A stretch of DNA of 34,438 bases from a virus (IMGVR_UViG_3300042335_000112:1-34438); one strand, 5' to 3'. Counted from the stretch's first letter, positions 17,087-25,421 are shown. The notes: generated from the sequence alone by a model not told the origin. Translations and numbers: made by a program.

Positions 17087-17340
17087 GGCCATTGATAATT
17101 GATGTACTCGCAGCAGACGAAGAAGGCGAACAACTCGAAGATTTGGGGTTGCAACCTGATTTATGGGATGCGCCCACATTTCAGATAGCCATTTGGAATG
17201 TTGAGTATGTTATGGAAGATATCCGCAGCACAAAATCAACTCCGTTAACAATGATTTGCACGGGCAGCGAAGAATGGCTAACTTTGATGACTACAAAACA
17301 AGTGAATGAAAAAATCATGCAGTGCATGAAATTATATTAA
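17077..17340 (+). CDS. Hypothetical protein
   Basis: 87-aa ORF overlapping the phosphoesterase end. Confidence 0.7.
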   Translation: MLLRPLIIDVLAADEEGEQLEDLGLQPDLWDAPTFQIAIWNVEYVMEDIRSTKSTPLTMICTGSEEWLTLMTTKQVNEKIMQCMKLY

Positions 17341-17342
17341 AT

Positions 17343-17460
17343 GCCCGGTTAGTGTAAATTGGTAACATTCCTCCACCGGTTAAATAGTTAGTAGACTGCC
17401 TGGCTCGGTGCGAAACACTTAAAGGGGGGAGCTGTGAGTTCGAACCTCACACCGGGAGCA
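17343..17460 (+). ncRNA. tRNA-like RNA with a 49-nt expanded anticodon loop
   Basis: Acceptor CCCGGT/ACCGGG; D arm GTGT-AAATTGGTA-ACAT; anticodon stem CCTCC/GGGGG; T arm GTGAG-TTCGAAC-CTCAC. Confidence 0.8.
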
Positions 17461-17488
17461 AAAAAAAATAATTTTTTTCTTAAAATAC

Positions 17489-17518
17489 TTGCAAGTATAG
17501 TTTTTTACACTATATTTG
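17489..17518 (+). promoter_or_regulatory. Promoter TTG-N19-TATATTTG
   Basis: Consensus match; ATG 4 nt downstream. Confidence 0.85.
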
Positions 17519-17522
17519 CCAC

Positions 17523-18002
17523 ATGAAACAACAACTATTCAACTACACCAGCCATGTAAATGTTCGCATCAACACCATTAGCAGCATGGGTAACTACACC
17601 ACCGACATTGACATTCAAGTTGCTGACAATCGCAGAAGAGAAATTATTCAAGCCCTGCCAGTTGACACATTGGCTTACAAAATCATTACTTCTACCGACC
17701 GCCTTTCCGAAAAACAAATTTGGGTTGTGGTTTTTGAACTGCTGAAAAATCAAGATTTTTGCCAAATCGTTGCTGAATATTACGAAGACTTAAATCGTGA
17801 GCAAAATATGAAGGCTGCCAAAAGTGCTGCCAAACTTGCTGCCAACAAAAGCAACTCACAAAGTGTTTTGGAATTCGTCAAAAACAACGGCAAGAAATTG
17901 GGCGAATATTACACATTTGTAAAAAACAACCGCAACTTTGCCAAAGAATTTTACAGCAAAAAATTCAGCATGGATAGTGCAAGTGCATTTATTGCACTTT
18001 AA
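17523..18002 (+). CDS. Hypothetical protein with its own promoter
   Basis: 159 aa; converges on the endolysin. Confidence 0.8.
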   Translation: MKQQLFNYTSHVNVRINTISSMGNYTTDIDIQVADNRRREIIQALPVDTLAYKIITSTDRLSEKQIWVVVFELLKNQDFCQIVAEYYEDLNREQNMKAAKSAAKLAANKSNSQSVLEFVKNNGKKLGEYYTFVKNNRNFAKEFYSKKFSMDSASAFIAL

Positions 18003-18622
18003 ACTTCAAACAGCGTAAAATCAATACGCTGTCCGTTGGTAAAAAGTTTGCAAACTTCAAACCACATTGCATCTTGCACCACATGACACCCGGCAGACCA
18101 GCCGTTAATTGTGGCAGCAACGCCGCCCCGATGCAGGTTAATACCAAACAATCCAAATTGCTTTATGTGGCTATCAATTAAGCGATTTTTATTGCCGTCT
18201 CGGTAAATGGTAATGGGCAACACCTGCATAAAGTAGGGCGCATTTAACCAAAGGAAACGCCAATTTGAAGCTGTTACGAACTGATGCGCCCCAATTATTT
18301 GCTGCTCACAAGCGATTGCAGTACCCGTAATTCCCCCAACGGTCAAAGGATTGAATACATAGTAATCCCCAGCAGTTGTTGAGCAAGGCAATGCCATAAC
18401 TGGCAGCCCTGATTTGTAAACCGCCACGAAATCGTCAAAGGTATTTGTGAGGTTCTTGTCGGTTCTGATCCACACCAGCCCGTCTTTCGGCATTACCCAT
18501 TTGCGTTTTTCGATGTTCGCCTTTACATATTGATGCAGTGCGGTCAATGTGCGCTGCCCTACGATGCCGTCAACAACTAATTGCGCCCCGTTGGCATTCA
18601 AAATCTCTTGTAACTTTCTCAT
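17999..18622 (-). CDS. Endolysin: peptidoglycan-binding domain plus L,D-transpeptidase-like domain
   Basis: 'LQEILN...LVVDGIVGQRTLTAL'; 'GINLHRGG...WSAGC'. Confidence 0.75.
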   Translation of the reverse strand: MRKLQEILNANGAQLVVDGIVGQRTLTALHQYVKANIEKRKWVMPKDGLVWIRTDKNLTNTFDDFVAVYKSGLPVMALPCSTTAGDYYVFNPLTVGGITGTAIACEQQIIGAHQFVTASNWRFLWLNAPYFMQVLPITIYRDGNKNRLIDSHIKQFGLFGINLHRGGVAATINGWSAGCHVVQDAMWFEVCKLFTNGQRIDFTLFEV

Positions 18623-19158
18623 TTTGCGATGACCCCTATTAATACCCCAGCCAAAAATGACCAGTTGCGCTGTCTTTTAACCTTTGTATTAACCCTTTTC
18701 AGGTATGAATTTTCATTCGATAGGGCTTTTATACCCGATTGTGTACGATTTATGATACTATCTTTCGCAATTATCGCAACACTTTGCGACAATATGGTGC
18801 GGTCTTGCTTTTCGATTATTTCAGTGTCCAATTCAACTATCCTGAAAAGGCTGTCATTCTCTTTCAGCAAGTAAGTTATTTTGGCAGTGTCTTCGAGAGT
18901 ACCCCAAAAAGTATCATTTAAACGCCTTTCACGCCACTTTGTAACCTCAACTATACTCACACTCCTTTTTTGTTTTAAAGTGTCTGTAATGCGCTGTAAT
19001 GAGTCCGCAAGTTTTAACGCCCTGCCAGCGACCTGCGCAAAGCTGTCTATTTTTTTATCAGCCAAAACACCTTGCCCGTACAATTCAACCTTTGTGAAGA
19101 TACGGCTCACTGCCCAAGTGAGTATCAGTAGCCCGGCAACAATTACAAACAGCCTCAT
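18619..19158 (-). CDS. Spanin-like membrane coiled-coil protein
   Basis: N- and C-terminal hydrophobic segments; in the lysis cassette. Confidence 0.55.
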   Translation of the reverse strand: MRLFVIVAGLLILTWAVSRIFTKVELYGQGVLADKKIDSFAQVAGRALKLADSLQRITDTLKQKRSVSIVEVTKWRERRLNDTFWGTLEDTAKITYLLKENDSLFRIVELDTEIIEKQDRTILSQSVAIIAKDSIINRTQSGIKALSNENSYLKRVNTKVKRQRNWSFLAGVLIGVIAK

Positions 19159-19334
19159 TCTTCTGCAAAAAAATTGGTTATGAATTTACCGACCGCCCCA
19201 CATATACCCGATGCCAACATCAACTTAGGATTGTCGATGTTTAGTCCGGCAATGAATAACGACATAGCCGCAATGCTGTCGCCTAATACCCTAAATCTTT
19301 TGGGCGTAGGTTCAAAATAGTTTTTTAATTTCAT
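19155..19334 (-). CDS. Putative holin (59 aa, MKLKNYFEPTPKRFR...)
   Basis: Translated by hand; two hydrophobic stretches; ATGA-coupled. Confidence 0.6.
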   Translation of the reverse strand: MKLKNYFEPTPKRFRVLGDSIAAMSLFIAGLNIDNPKLMLASGICGAVGKFITNFFAEE

Positions 19335-19450
19335 CTTCCTTGCCCCCTATATTTTTTGGTTCTGCTATGTTTATTCTCTGACTTGGTATGCCGTCCCAAC
19401 TTTCGCTTAGGTTTCGGTTGCCATTTGACTACTTCTTTACTTTTTGCCAT
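19331..19450 (-). CDS. 39-aa highly basic protein ending KKYRGQGR
   Basis: Translated by hand; stop overlaps the downstream start. Confidence 0.65.
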   Translation of the reverse strand: MAKSKEVVKWQPKPKRKLGRHTKSENKHSRTKKYRGQGR

Positions 19451-19598
19451 TTTTCAAAAACTTGTAAATACCTATGCAACTTACCACAAGAGCAGCCGTA
19501 AATGAAAGGAACTGAACTATGGGCAGCAATTTAGCCGCAACACCAGCCAGCCACAATAACCAACTGCCTATTATACTATTGTCCAAATTATCCTTCAT
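19437..19598 (-). CDS. 53-aa two-TM membrane protein (holin/antiholin-like)
   Basis: MKDNLDNSIIGSWLLWLAG...YKFLKNGKK, translated by hand. Confidence 0.6.
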   Translation of the reverse strand: MKDNLDNSIIGSWLLWLAGVAAKLLPIVQFLSFTAALVVSCIGIYKFLKNGKK

Positions 19599-19824
19599 CA
19601 CTTATTGGGGGTTGTGGCTTGTATTCAATTCGTGTCATACCTGCCCAAATTTGTGGGTATTCTTTTTTCAGGTACTGAAATTCAGCCATGCAATATTCCT
19701 CATCGCTTACTATCCAGTTGCCTTCCGCATCTTGCACGGGGTTTAAATGGCTGCCCTCAGTGCCTTGCAGTTGCCTTGCATCGTCAATATTAACGCCCTC
19801 CGGGAATTTCCAAACTAAAATCAT
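19588..19824 (-). CDS. Hypothetical tail-associated small protein
   Basis: 'LNPVQDAEGNWIVSDEE...IEYKPQP'. Confidence 0.7.
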   Translation of the reverse strand: MILVWKFPEGVNIDDARQLQGTEGSHLNPVQDAEGNWIVSDEEYCMAEFQYLKKEYPQIWAGMTRIEYKPQPPISDEG

Positions 19825-20687
19825 ACCTGCCTCCCTAATGTTGTTTGAAATGTGCTAACTGCGGTGTTGTAATTTGTTGCATCCGTATCGGTCAATCCCT
19901 GCCCAATGCTTACAAATGCCATCTGCCCTTGTAAATATAATTGACTTCCCGATGTTGGGTTAATGCTTCCAATATATACTTTACCATTGCTGGGTGTTCC
20001 TGTAACGGTTGTTGACCGGGTTAAAACAGCACTGCCATTGCGATATAATTTACGGCTATTTGAAGCCGTTGCAGTTCCAATATAAAAACCTCTTGCATCA
20101 GTTGTGGTGTCGGATAATCTACCGCTTCCACTTACAACATTACCCATGTCAAAAATCCGGTCATTTGAATTTGATGAGAACCTTCGGATAGCCATTCCGT
20201 AAATAGGGTCGCCAGTTGCAGTATTACCTACGCCAATATGCCAGCCATCACCTACACTCGGTTGTTGTGTTCTTAAATAGATAGCATAATGGTGGTCGTT
20301 GTGCCATCCACTTACGCTGCTGCTTATATTTAGAAAAGTGTCCGCATATCCCGTTGTGCCGTTAAATTCAGCACCATTTGCATTATGCGTAATTCCACCG
20401 CTGAAAGTTAATCTATATGCTGCATCTAAATCGCGGGCATCTTTTAAATTCCATTTGTGACTAGTTGCAGAACCATTTACCAAGGGATAAATAGCATAGC
20501 ATTTTGACCATATAGAAAAGCCCTTTAAATCAACAACAAGCTGGTTAATTGCGTTAATTATTGTCGTGTCTGTTATCCCAACTGCATCAATAAATAATCG
20601 TGCATCGTCATCAAGAGCAGCCAAATTTGAAATCACATTTGACATTTGGCCAATTCTTGTGCGAAGACCGAACCTTGAATTAGCCAT
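19821..20687 (-). CDS. Virion/tail protein with a lectin-like beta domain
   Basis: 288 aa, S/T/G/N-rich; follows the tail fibre genes. Confidence 0.6.
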   Translation of the reverse strand: MANSRFGLRTRIGQMSNVISNLAALDDDARLFIDAVGITDTTIINAINQLVVDLKGFSIWSKCYAIYPLVNGSATSHKWNLKDARDLDAAYRLTFSGGITHNANGAEFNGTTGYADTFLNISSSVSGWHNDHHYAIYLRTQQPSVGDGWHIGVGNTATGDPIYGMAIRRFSSNSNDRIFDMGNVVSGSGRLSDTTTDARGFYIGTATASNSRKLYRNGSAVLTRSTTVTGTPSNGKVYIGSINPTSGSQLYLQGQMAFVSIGQGLTDTDATNYNTAVSTFQTTLGRQV

Positions 20688-21049
20688 TATGAAATTCGGT
20701 TAACATACCCAACAAGGTTTATATTGTTGGCACTGCCACCAAACGCCCTTATTGTGCGCCCACTTGACCCATCACCCGTCAAAACACAACCGGGTAAAAT
20801 AAGAGTTAAACCTGATTTGCTTGGTATGCCTACAATAATTTGGTCGTCCGGCGAAGATGTGCCACCTAACTCAATGGTAAGGTTAACGGCTGATGCACTT
20901 GTATTGGTGGCATATAACCACACTTCGTCAATAACTCCGCTGCTTGCCTGAGTGGTGTGAATAGTTGTGCCGGGTGTTCCCGATGCAGCCACCTTAATAG
21001 GTCTTCCGCCCGTGCTGCCTGATAGTAATATTTTGGTAAAAGTTGCCAT
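20687..21049 (-). CDS. Tail-associated structural protein
   Basis: 120 aa, beta-rich. Confidence 0.65.
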   Translation of the reverse strand: MATFTKILLSGSTGGRPIKVAASGTPGTTIHTTQASSGVIDEVWLYATNTSASAVNLTIELGGTSSPDDQIIVGIPSKSGLTLILPGCVLTGDGSSGRTIRAFGGSANNINLVGYVNRIS

Positions 21050-21810
21050 TATGAGAATACTTGAATTTCTAAGATGTCCGCGCCTGCTGAAATGGTTAAA
21101 TCACCACCGCCTAAGACGCTGTTGCCGTTAATTGTTTTGATGTTTGTGCCTGAAACCAGCGTTTCTTGTTTCGCATCCACAGCCGTTTTAACAGCCTTTT
21201 GCGAGGGGTAGAATGTGTCGCTGTTATCGGATAAATTTAACTTCTTATTTGCCACATTTTCGGGCGTATAACCCAAAGCCGTGATAACATTAGTTATATA
21301 GCCCTGCGATGTTACATAAGCCTCAGTTGCATAGCCGCTTAATGCAGTTGTTATTTGACTTGCCACCGCTGCGGTTGTGGTGAATGTCGCCACCGCCCAA
21401 TCATAAACCGCTTTAACGCTTGGGTATTTTGTGTTGCTGGCCTGATCAGTTGTAACGCTTGTTGACTTATTCGCCACATTCTCGGGGGTGAACCCGAGTG
21501 CTGTCGTTACATCGCCACTGCTTATGGTCAAGGTGTAGAACTCCAATCCACTTGCATCGGCCTTTACCCTTACAAGTTTGCCGCCCTGCCCGGTGTAACT
21601 TTGCGGCACATCGGTAAGGTCAGTAAACAATGTAGCACCACCACCGCTACCGCCCCAATATTGCAGCGAGTTCCACGCCCCTACCCCGTTACCGATTTTG
21701 AATTTTCGTGTATCGGTTTCAGCACCAAATTCACCTTCGGCCAATACCGGGTTTTGTGCTGTCCATTGTGCAGCAGTGCCGCGTCTTAATTTTATAGTGA
21801 TGTAACTCAC
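21049..21810 (-). CDS. Tail fibre with Mtd_N-like N-terminus
   Basis: 'IKLRRGTAAQW..NPVLAEGE.G.ETDT.KFKIG.G'; internal repeat 'TALG(F/Y)TPENVANK...YPS.KAV'. Confidence 0.75.
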   Translation of the reverse strand: MSYITIKLRRGTAAQWTAQNPVLAEGEFGAETDTRKFKIGNGVGAWNSLQYWGGSGGGATLFTDLTDVPQSYTGQGGKLVRVKADASGLEFYTLTISSGDVTTALGFTPENVANKSTSVTTDQASNTKYPSVKAVYDWAVATFTTTAAVASQITTALSGYATEAYVTSQGYITNVITALGYTPENVANKKLNLSDNSDTFYPSQKAVKTAVDAKQETLVSGTNIKTINGNSVLGGGDLTISAGADILEIQVFS

Positions 21811-22346
21811 GCTATGCCTCCGTTAATTATGTTTGAAAAAGAACTATTGTAATACCCCCCGTCAATGACCTGCAACCCCGACAAATCTAATCCTGGGAAG
21901 TCGTAATCATTGCTCGGCACATCGCAAAAATCACGGGTGTTTGATGCCGTAAATGTAAACACACTTGCAACCCCTGCCACGATGTCGGTTTTGTCGTCAT
22001 AAAATGGTGTTGCACTATCTTCGAGTTTCCACATTCCCGAACTATCGTTGCGGTAGATGTAGCGAAGTGTCGCGTAAATGTCCAATAAAACTTGGTGCAT
22101 ATCGCTTATCCGTTCCACCGCATCGGTAAAATCTTCGCGGTGTCTGTCCATTACGGCCAGCGCAAACCGATAAACAACCCTATCCATGTCTATTTGGCTG
22201 CCGTCAGGGAATATCCGCATCAATGGGTACAATGTGTCGCCAGTTGTGGCTACATTGTAATCCAAGTTGGTAACGACCGCCTTAATTTGCCGGTGATTTT
22301 CCCCGGCTGTTGTAAGGGCGTTTAGCAGTTGGTTTATCGTTACCAT
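21807..22346 (-). CDS. Putative tail terminator
   Basis: 179 aa; 'YPLMRI' motif; position after the adaptor. Confidence 0.5.
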   Translation of the reverse strand: MVTINQLLNALTTAGENHRQIKAVVTNLDYNVATTGDTLYPLMRIFPDGSQIDMDRVVYRFALAVMDRHREDFTDAVERISDMHQVLLDIYATLRYIYRNDSSGMWKLEDSATPFYDDKTDIVAGVASVFTFTASNTRDFCDVPSNDYDFPGLDLSGLQVIDGGYYNSSFSNIINGGIA

Positions 22347-22401
22347 GTTTTTGAAAATATATTAGTGCCTTTTGTTCGTTTTTCTCTCTTACTTTACTCA
22401 T
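22282..22401 (-). CDS. Possible 39-aa peptide (MSKVREKNEQKALIYF...)
   Basis: ATGA overlap with the upstream stop; overlaps the next gene. Confidence 0.3.
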   Translation of the reverse strand: MSKVREKNEQKALIYFQKHGNDKPTAKRPYNSRGKSPAN

Positions 22402-22952
22402 TTGGGAAAGTCGTAATTTAAAAAGCAATCGTCTTCACCATATCCGAGGAAGAAACCGCCCAGCATATCAGCAGAATGTGGGTTAATTACATCGATGCCG
22501 TCACCCGGATTGAGATACAAGGGGAATTTAGTGTCGTTTTCGAGAAGGTAATCGCGCAATCTTTGGGCGTAGTATTCCGCTTTGTGCTGATATTCGCGTT
22601 CAATTCGCGTCAACTGGTCTAAATCTACGCTGTTTGAATTGTCGCTGCCCCTTGTCATGACGCTTTTATTCATCATTTTAAAGGTCATAGGCAGCATACT
22701 TTCAGTTACAATGTAATGGTATAGGCAAGGCGCAATGTATTTATTCACCAATGTGAGGTAATCACCTGCCAAACCAGCGCCATTTATGTCGTCGCAAATC
22801 TTGTCATAAAGACCTGAGCCTATTATATCCCTGATGTAGATATCCTGAGCCGTACGCATTGCCGTTTGCAGAATTTTGCTGTCCACATTTTCATCGATAG
22901 GGGTGTTTTTCTTAACATCCTGCTCACTTACAAAAAAAGCAAAATTAGCCAT
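22398..22952 (-). CDS. Head-tail adaptor/connector
   Basis: 'AQDIYIRDIIGSGLY...AEYYAQRLRDYL'; directly after the portal. Confidence 0.65.
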   Translation of the reverse strand: MANFAFFVSEQDVKKNTPIDENVDSKILQTAMRTAQDIYIRDIIGSGLYDKICDDINGAGLAGDYLTLVNKYIAPCLYHYIVTESMLPMTFKMMNKSVMTRGSDNSNSVDLDQLTRIEREYQHKAEYYAQRLRDYLLENDTKFPLYLNPGDGIDVINPHSADMLGGFFLGYGEDDCFLNYDFPK

Positions 22953-24849
22953 TGTTGCGCCTCCTTACATATACCTGCTTCCACTCGTGCCTACAATGTG
23001 GCAAGTGTAACGGGGGTGTGCTATCCGGCACGGTGTACCAGCCGCCTCTGCGCCTCCATACATCGTAACCCAAAATCGCAGTCATTTGGTCAATATCCTG
23101 ACGGGTGTATAACCTATTCATTTTTTCCATTTCAATGCAGAACGGGCGTGATTGTGTTTTAAGTGGTTTTGCCTCGGGACTCACATTATATTTATACCTC
23201 AGTTCAATTCGTGGTGTGCCTCCGCTGTCGCTGATGTCGTTTATCCCGATGTCGGTAATTTTTATGGCGGTGTTCGTCCACTCAATTTTGCCAGCGTCTT
23301 GCAACACTCTTAAAATCTTAATCACTTCATCTTCGGCTATTCGTGAGGCGGTCGAAATTTCTTTTACACTTGCCTTTGGGTTATCATTAACCGCCCCCAT
23401 GATTGCAAGTTCCTTTTCTGAAAGTTCGGCAAAGTTGAACTTCACCATTTCAAACTGACTTTCCGGCTGTCCAAATTGCGCGAACACTTTTAAATCGTCA
23501 TCGTGCCACTTTTCAAAGTCATTGAACTTGAACGCTGCATCGGCTGGTGGTGCTGCTTGTAACACATCGCCACCTGCTATTGGTGCAAGACCTGCCAACG
23601 CCCTCTTTTCGTTTATAGTCATATTTGACAGCACATTGTTTGCCACCAATGGTGAAAGGCTGTTGATGCTTTCAATTATACGCTGTGCGCTGTCAACAAC
23701 TTTCTGCTCAGCTTCGCCTAATCCAAGTGCGACACGGGCTTCATCTACTGAAATAACCCCGGTGTTTGCCAGTGCCACATAATCAAGCCCGATAAACTCG
23801 CTGTCTTGTGTGCTTATCTGTACGCCCGGATAAATGAAATCGCAAACATATTCAAGTGAACTGTCAAGTCTTGCTTGTCGTTGGTTTACATAGGACTTAT
23901 GGAACATCTCGTAAGCCTCAATCAATTCATTTCTCGCGCCAAGTTGCCCGTCTGATTTTTGACCCATTAAGATAGGTGGGAAGTTGTGAGCCGTGAAAAT
24001 CTCGCTGTTTACCGTCTCATTGAGTTGCAAAAATTGTTTGTCAATGTCGCTGGGCTGTATGTGGTTAACCTCTGCCGGGCGTTCGTTGCCGTCATTGAAC
24101 TGAATGATTAAGCCCCCAGCGTTATCCGTTCCGGTGGTGCGGTCTTTAAACTTCCGTTCAAACTTCCGCGCTTGTTCCGGTGTTGGTTCGCCTTTAAAAA
24201 GTTGCACCAGCGTTCCATTTGAAAACCCGTTGCGGATGTTGTTATTGTGGAAGTTGGCTATCTCAACATCAATTTCGATGTATTGCAGCCCGTGAATGTA
24301 AGGTGGTAACGGGTAAACTCCCAGCCCTGCATCATATTCCCGGTAATAATAAAGCTGAACGCTAAACGGCTCGGCTGTATCGGGGTTAAATCGGTCATAA
24401 GTCCTTACTTCATCCGCCTTGTATTTCTGCCAATCTTGCAGGTACAAATATGTCCGGTGGTCGTTCGTGCGGATTTTTGAAAAATCAACATGATAAAACT
24501 TTGCAATTTGACCTAACTTGTTGTAATGCACCTCAAAACAATACCCATTGAATATCTCGTAATCGAGTGCCAACTTTGCTTTGAAATCATGCAGCCCCTC
24601 ATAAGGGTTAACAAAGTCAATCAACTTTAAAGCCGCCTGATTGCCTTCGATTACACACTCACTGCCAGCGGTAAACCTTGCCTTTTGCTTTACAATCGCC
24701 CCGTGTTTTGGGCTGCGCTTGTAAAATTCGAGTAGCGTATCAGGAAAATCGTTCTTTTCCCCATAGGTAACGAAGCCCTTTTGCTTTTGTTCTTTGAACT
24801 TTGGCAGCTTAGACTCCGCAAATGTGATTTTTAGTAGTTCAAAACTCAT
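22945..24849 (-). CDS. Portal protein with C-terminal wHTH and MuF-like extension
   Basis: 'YGEKNDFP...SPKHGAI', 'YPLPPY', 'IFTAH..PP.LMG'; C-terminal 'SRPFC...HCRHEW'. Confidence 0.8.
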   Translation of the reverse strand: MSFELLKITFAESKLPKFKEQKQKGFVTYGEKNDFPDTLLEFYKRSPKHGAIVKQKARFTAGSECVIEGNQAALKLIDFVNPYEGLHDFKAKLALDYEIFNGYCFEVHYNKLGQIAKFYHVDFSKIRTNDHRTYLYLQDWQKYKADEVRTYDRFNPDTAEPFSVQLYYYREYDAGLGVYPLPPYIHGLQYIEIDVEIANFHNNNIRNGFSNGTLVQLFKGEPTPEQARKFERKFKDRTTGTDNAGGLIIQFNDGNERPAEVNHIQPSDIDKQFLQLNETVNSEIFTAHNFPPILMGQKSDGQLGARNELIEAYEMFHKSYVNQRQARLDSSLEYVCDFIYPGVQISTQDSEFIGLDYVALANTGVISVDEARVALGLGEAEQKVVDSAQRIIESINSLSPLVANNVLSNMTINEKRALAGLAPIAGGDVLQAAPPADAAFKFNDFEKWHDDDLKVFAQFGQPESQFEMVKFNFAELSEKELAIMGAVNDNPKASVKEISTASRIAEDEVIKILRVLQDAGKIEWTNTAIKITDIGINDISDSGGTPRIELRYKYNVSPEAKPLKTQSRPFCIEMEKMNRLYTRQDIDQMTAILGYDVWRRRGGWYTVPDSTPPLHLPHCRHEWKQVYVRRRNNG

Positions 24850-25223
24850 CCGATGTGGTGCTGTTTTATAGTGGTGTTGACCTCGTGATCATTAAAATTC
24901 GTGTGTGATGTGCTTACCTCTGCAATACCCCGGTCTATTTCTTCATTTGCCAAGTCCGGGTCTAAATTTGTGGGGCTGGTCTGGGCAAACAACCTCCAAT
25001 AATGTGTGCCAATCGGCAGGGTTTTGGCTGCTGTGCTGCCCTCGGTAAATGTGAACTCTTGAAACCTTGCTGGGTGTGTGCTGCTGTCGGACACGATAAA
25101 AGCCTTTTGGTCATAGCTTACCTGAGAGTCAAAAACCAACAAATAAACGGGCGAGGTAATTGTAACCTTTTCCCGACCAGTAATGATTACTGAATTGCTT
25201 TGACCCTTAGTAATGTAGAGCAT
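24846..25223 (-). CDS. Structural protein (likely start ATG 25223)
   Basis: 125 aa; late motif directly upstream. Confidence 0.7.
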   Translation of the reverse strand: MLYITKGQSNSVIITGREKVTITSPVYLLVFDSQVSYDQKAFIVSDSSTHPARFQEFTFTEGSTAAKTLPIGTHYWRLFAQTSPTNLDPDLANEEIDRGIAEVSTSHTNFNDHEVNTTIKQHHIG

Positions 25224-25255
25224 CAACCCTAAATGTACCCATTTTCAAAGTGTGC

Positions 25256-25324
25256 AAAAAAACAAGGGCGGCACTAATTAAAGCACCGCCCTTGATGGAA
25301 TAAATAAATTTTATTTACTTATGT
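25256..25324 (-). ncRNA. Candidate ~69-nt small RNA
   Basis: Promoter at 25359-25329; 12-bp terminator stem 25294-25263 plus U7; no ORF. Confidence 0.6.
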
Positions 25325-25328
25325 AATG

Positions 25329-25359
25329 CAAACATATAACCTAAATTTTAATTGTGCAA
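25329..25359 (-). promoter_or_regulatory. Promoter TTG-N20-TATGTTTG
   Basis: Consensus match; resembles the 8591 promoter (TTGCACAAT..AAATT). Confidence 0.75.
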
Positions 25360-25369
25360 GTTTTTTTTT

Positions 25370-25400
25370 AAAAAAAAGGGGCAGCCGAAGCCACCCCCTT
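25370..25400 (-). terminator. Intrinsic terminator after the tail tube gene
   Basis: GGGGTGGC-TTCG-GCTGCCCC followed by T8. Confidence 0.85.
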
Positions 25401-25421
25401 GCAAATACTATGAACAAATAC

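Noticed and set aside
17343-17460. Assignment as a standard, suppressor (TTA) or tmRNA gene
   Set aside because: No canonical 7-nt loop; far too short for tmRNA; genes end in TAA, TGA and TAG normally, with no sign of recoding
21049-21810. Diversity-generating retroelement suggested by the Mtd_N-like domain
   Set aside because: No reverse transcriptase or TR/VR pair seen; the terminal-repeat mismatches are mostly synonymous and not adenine-specific
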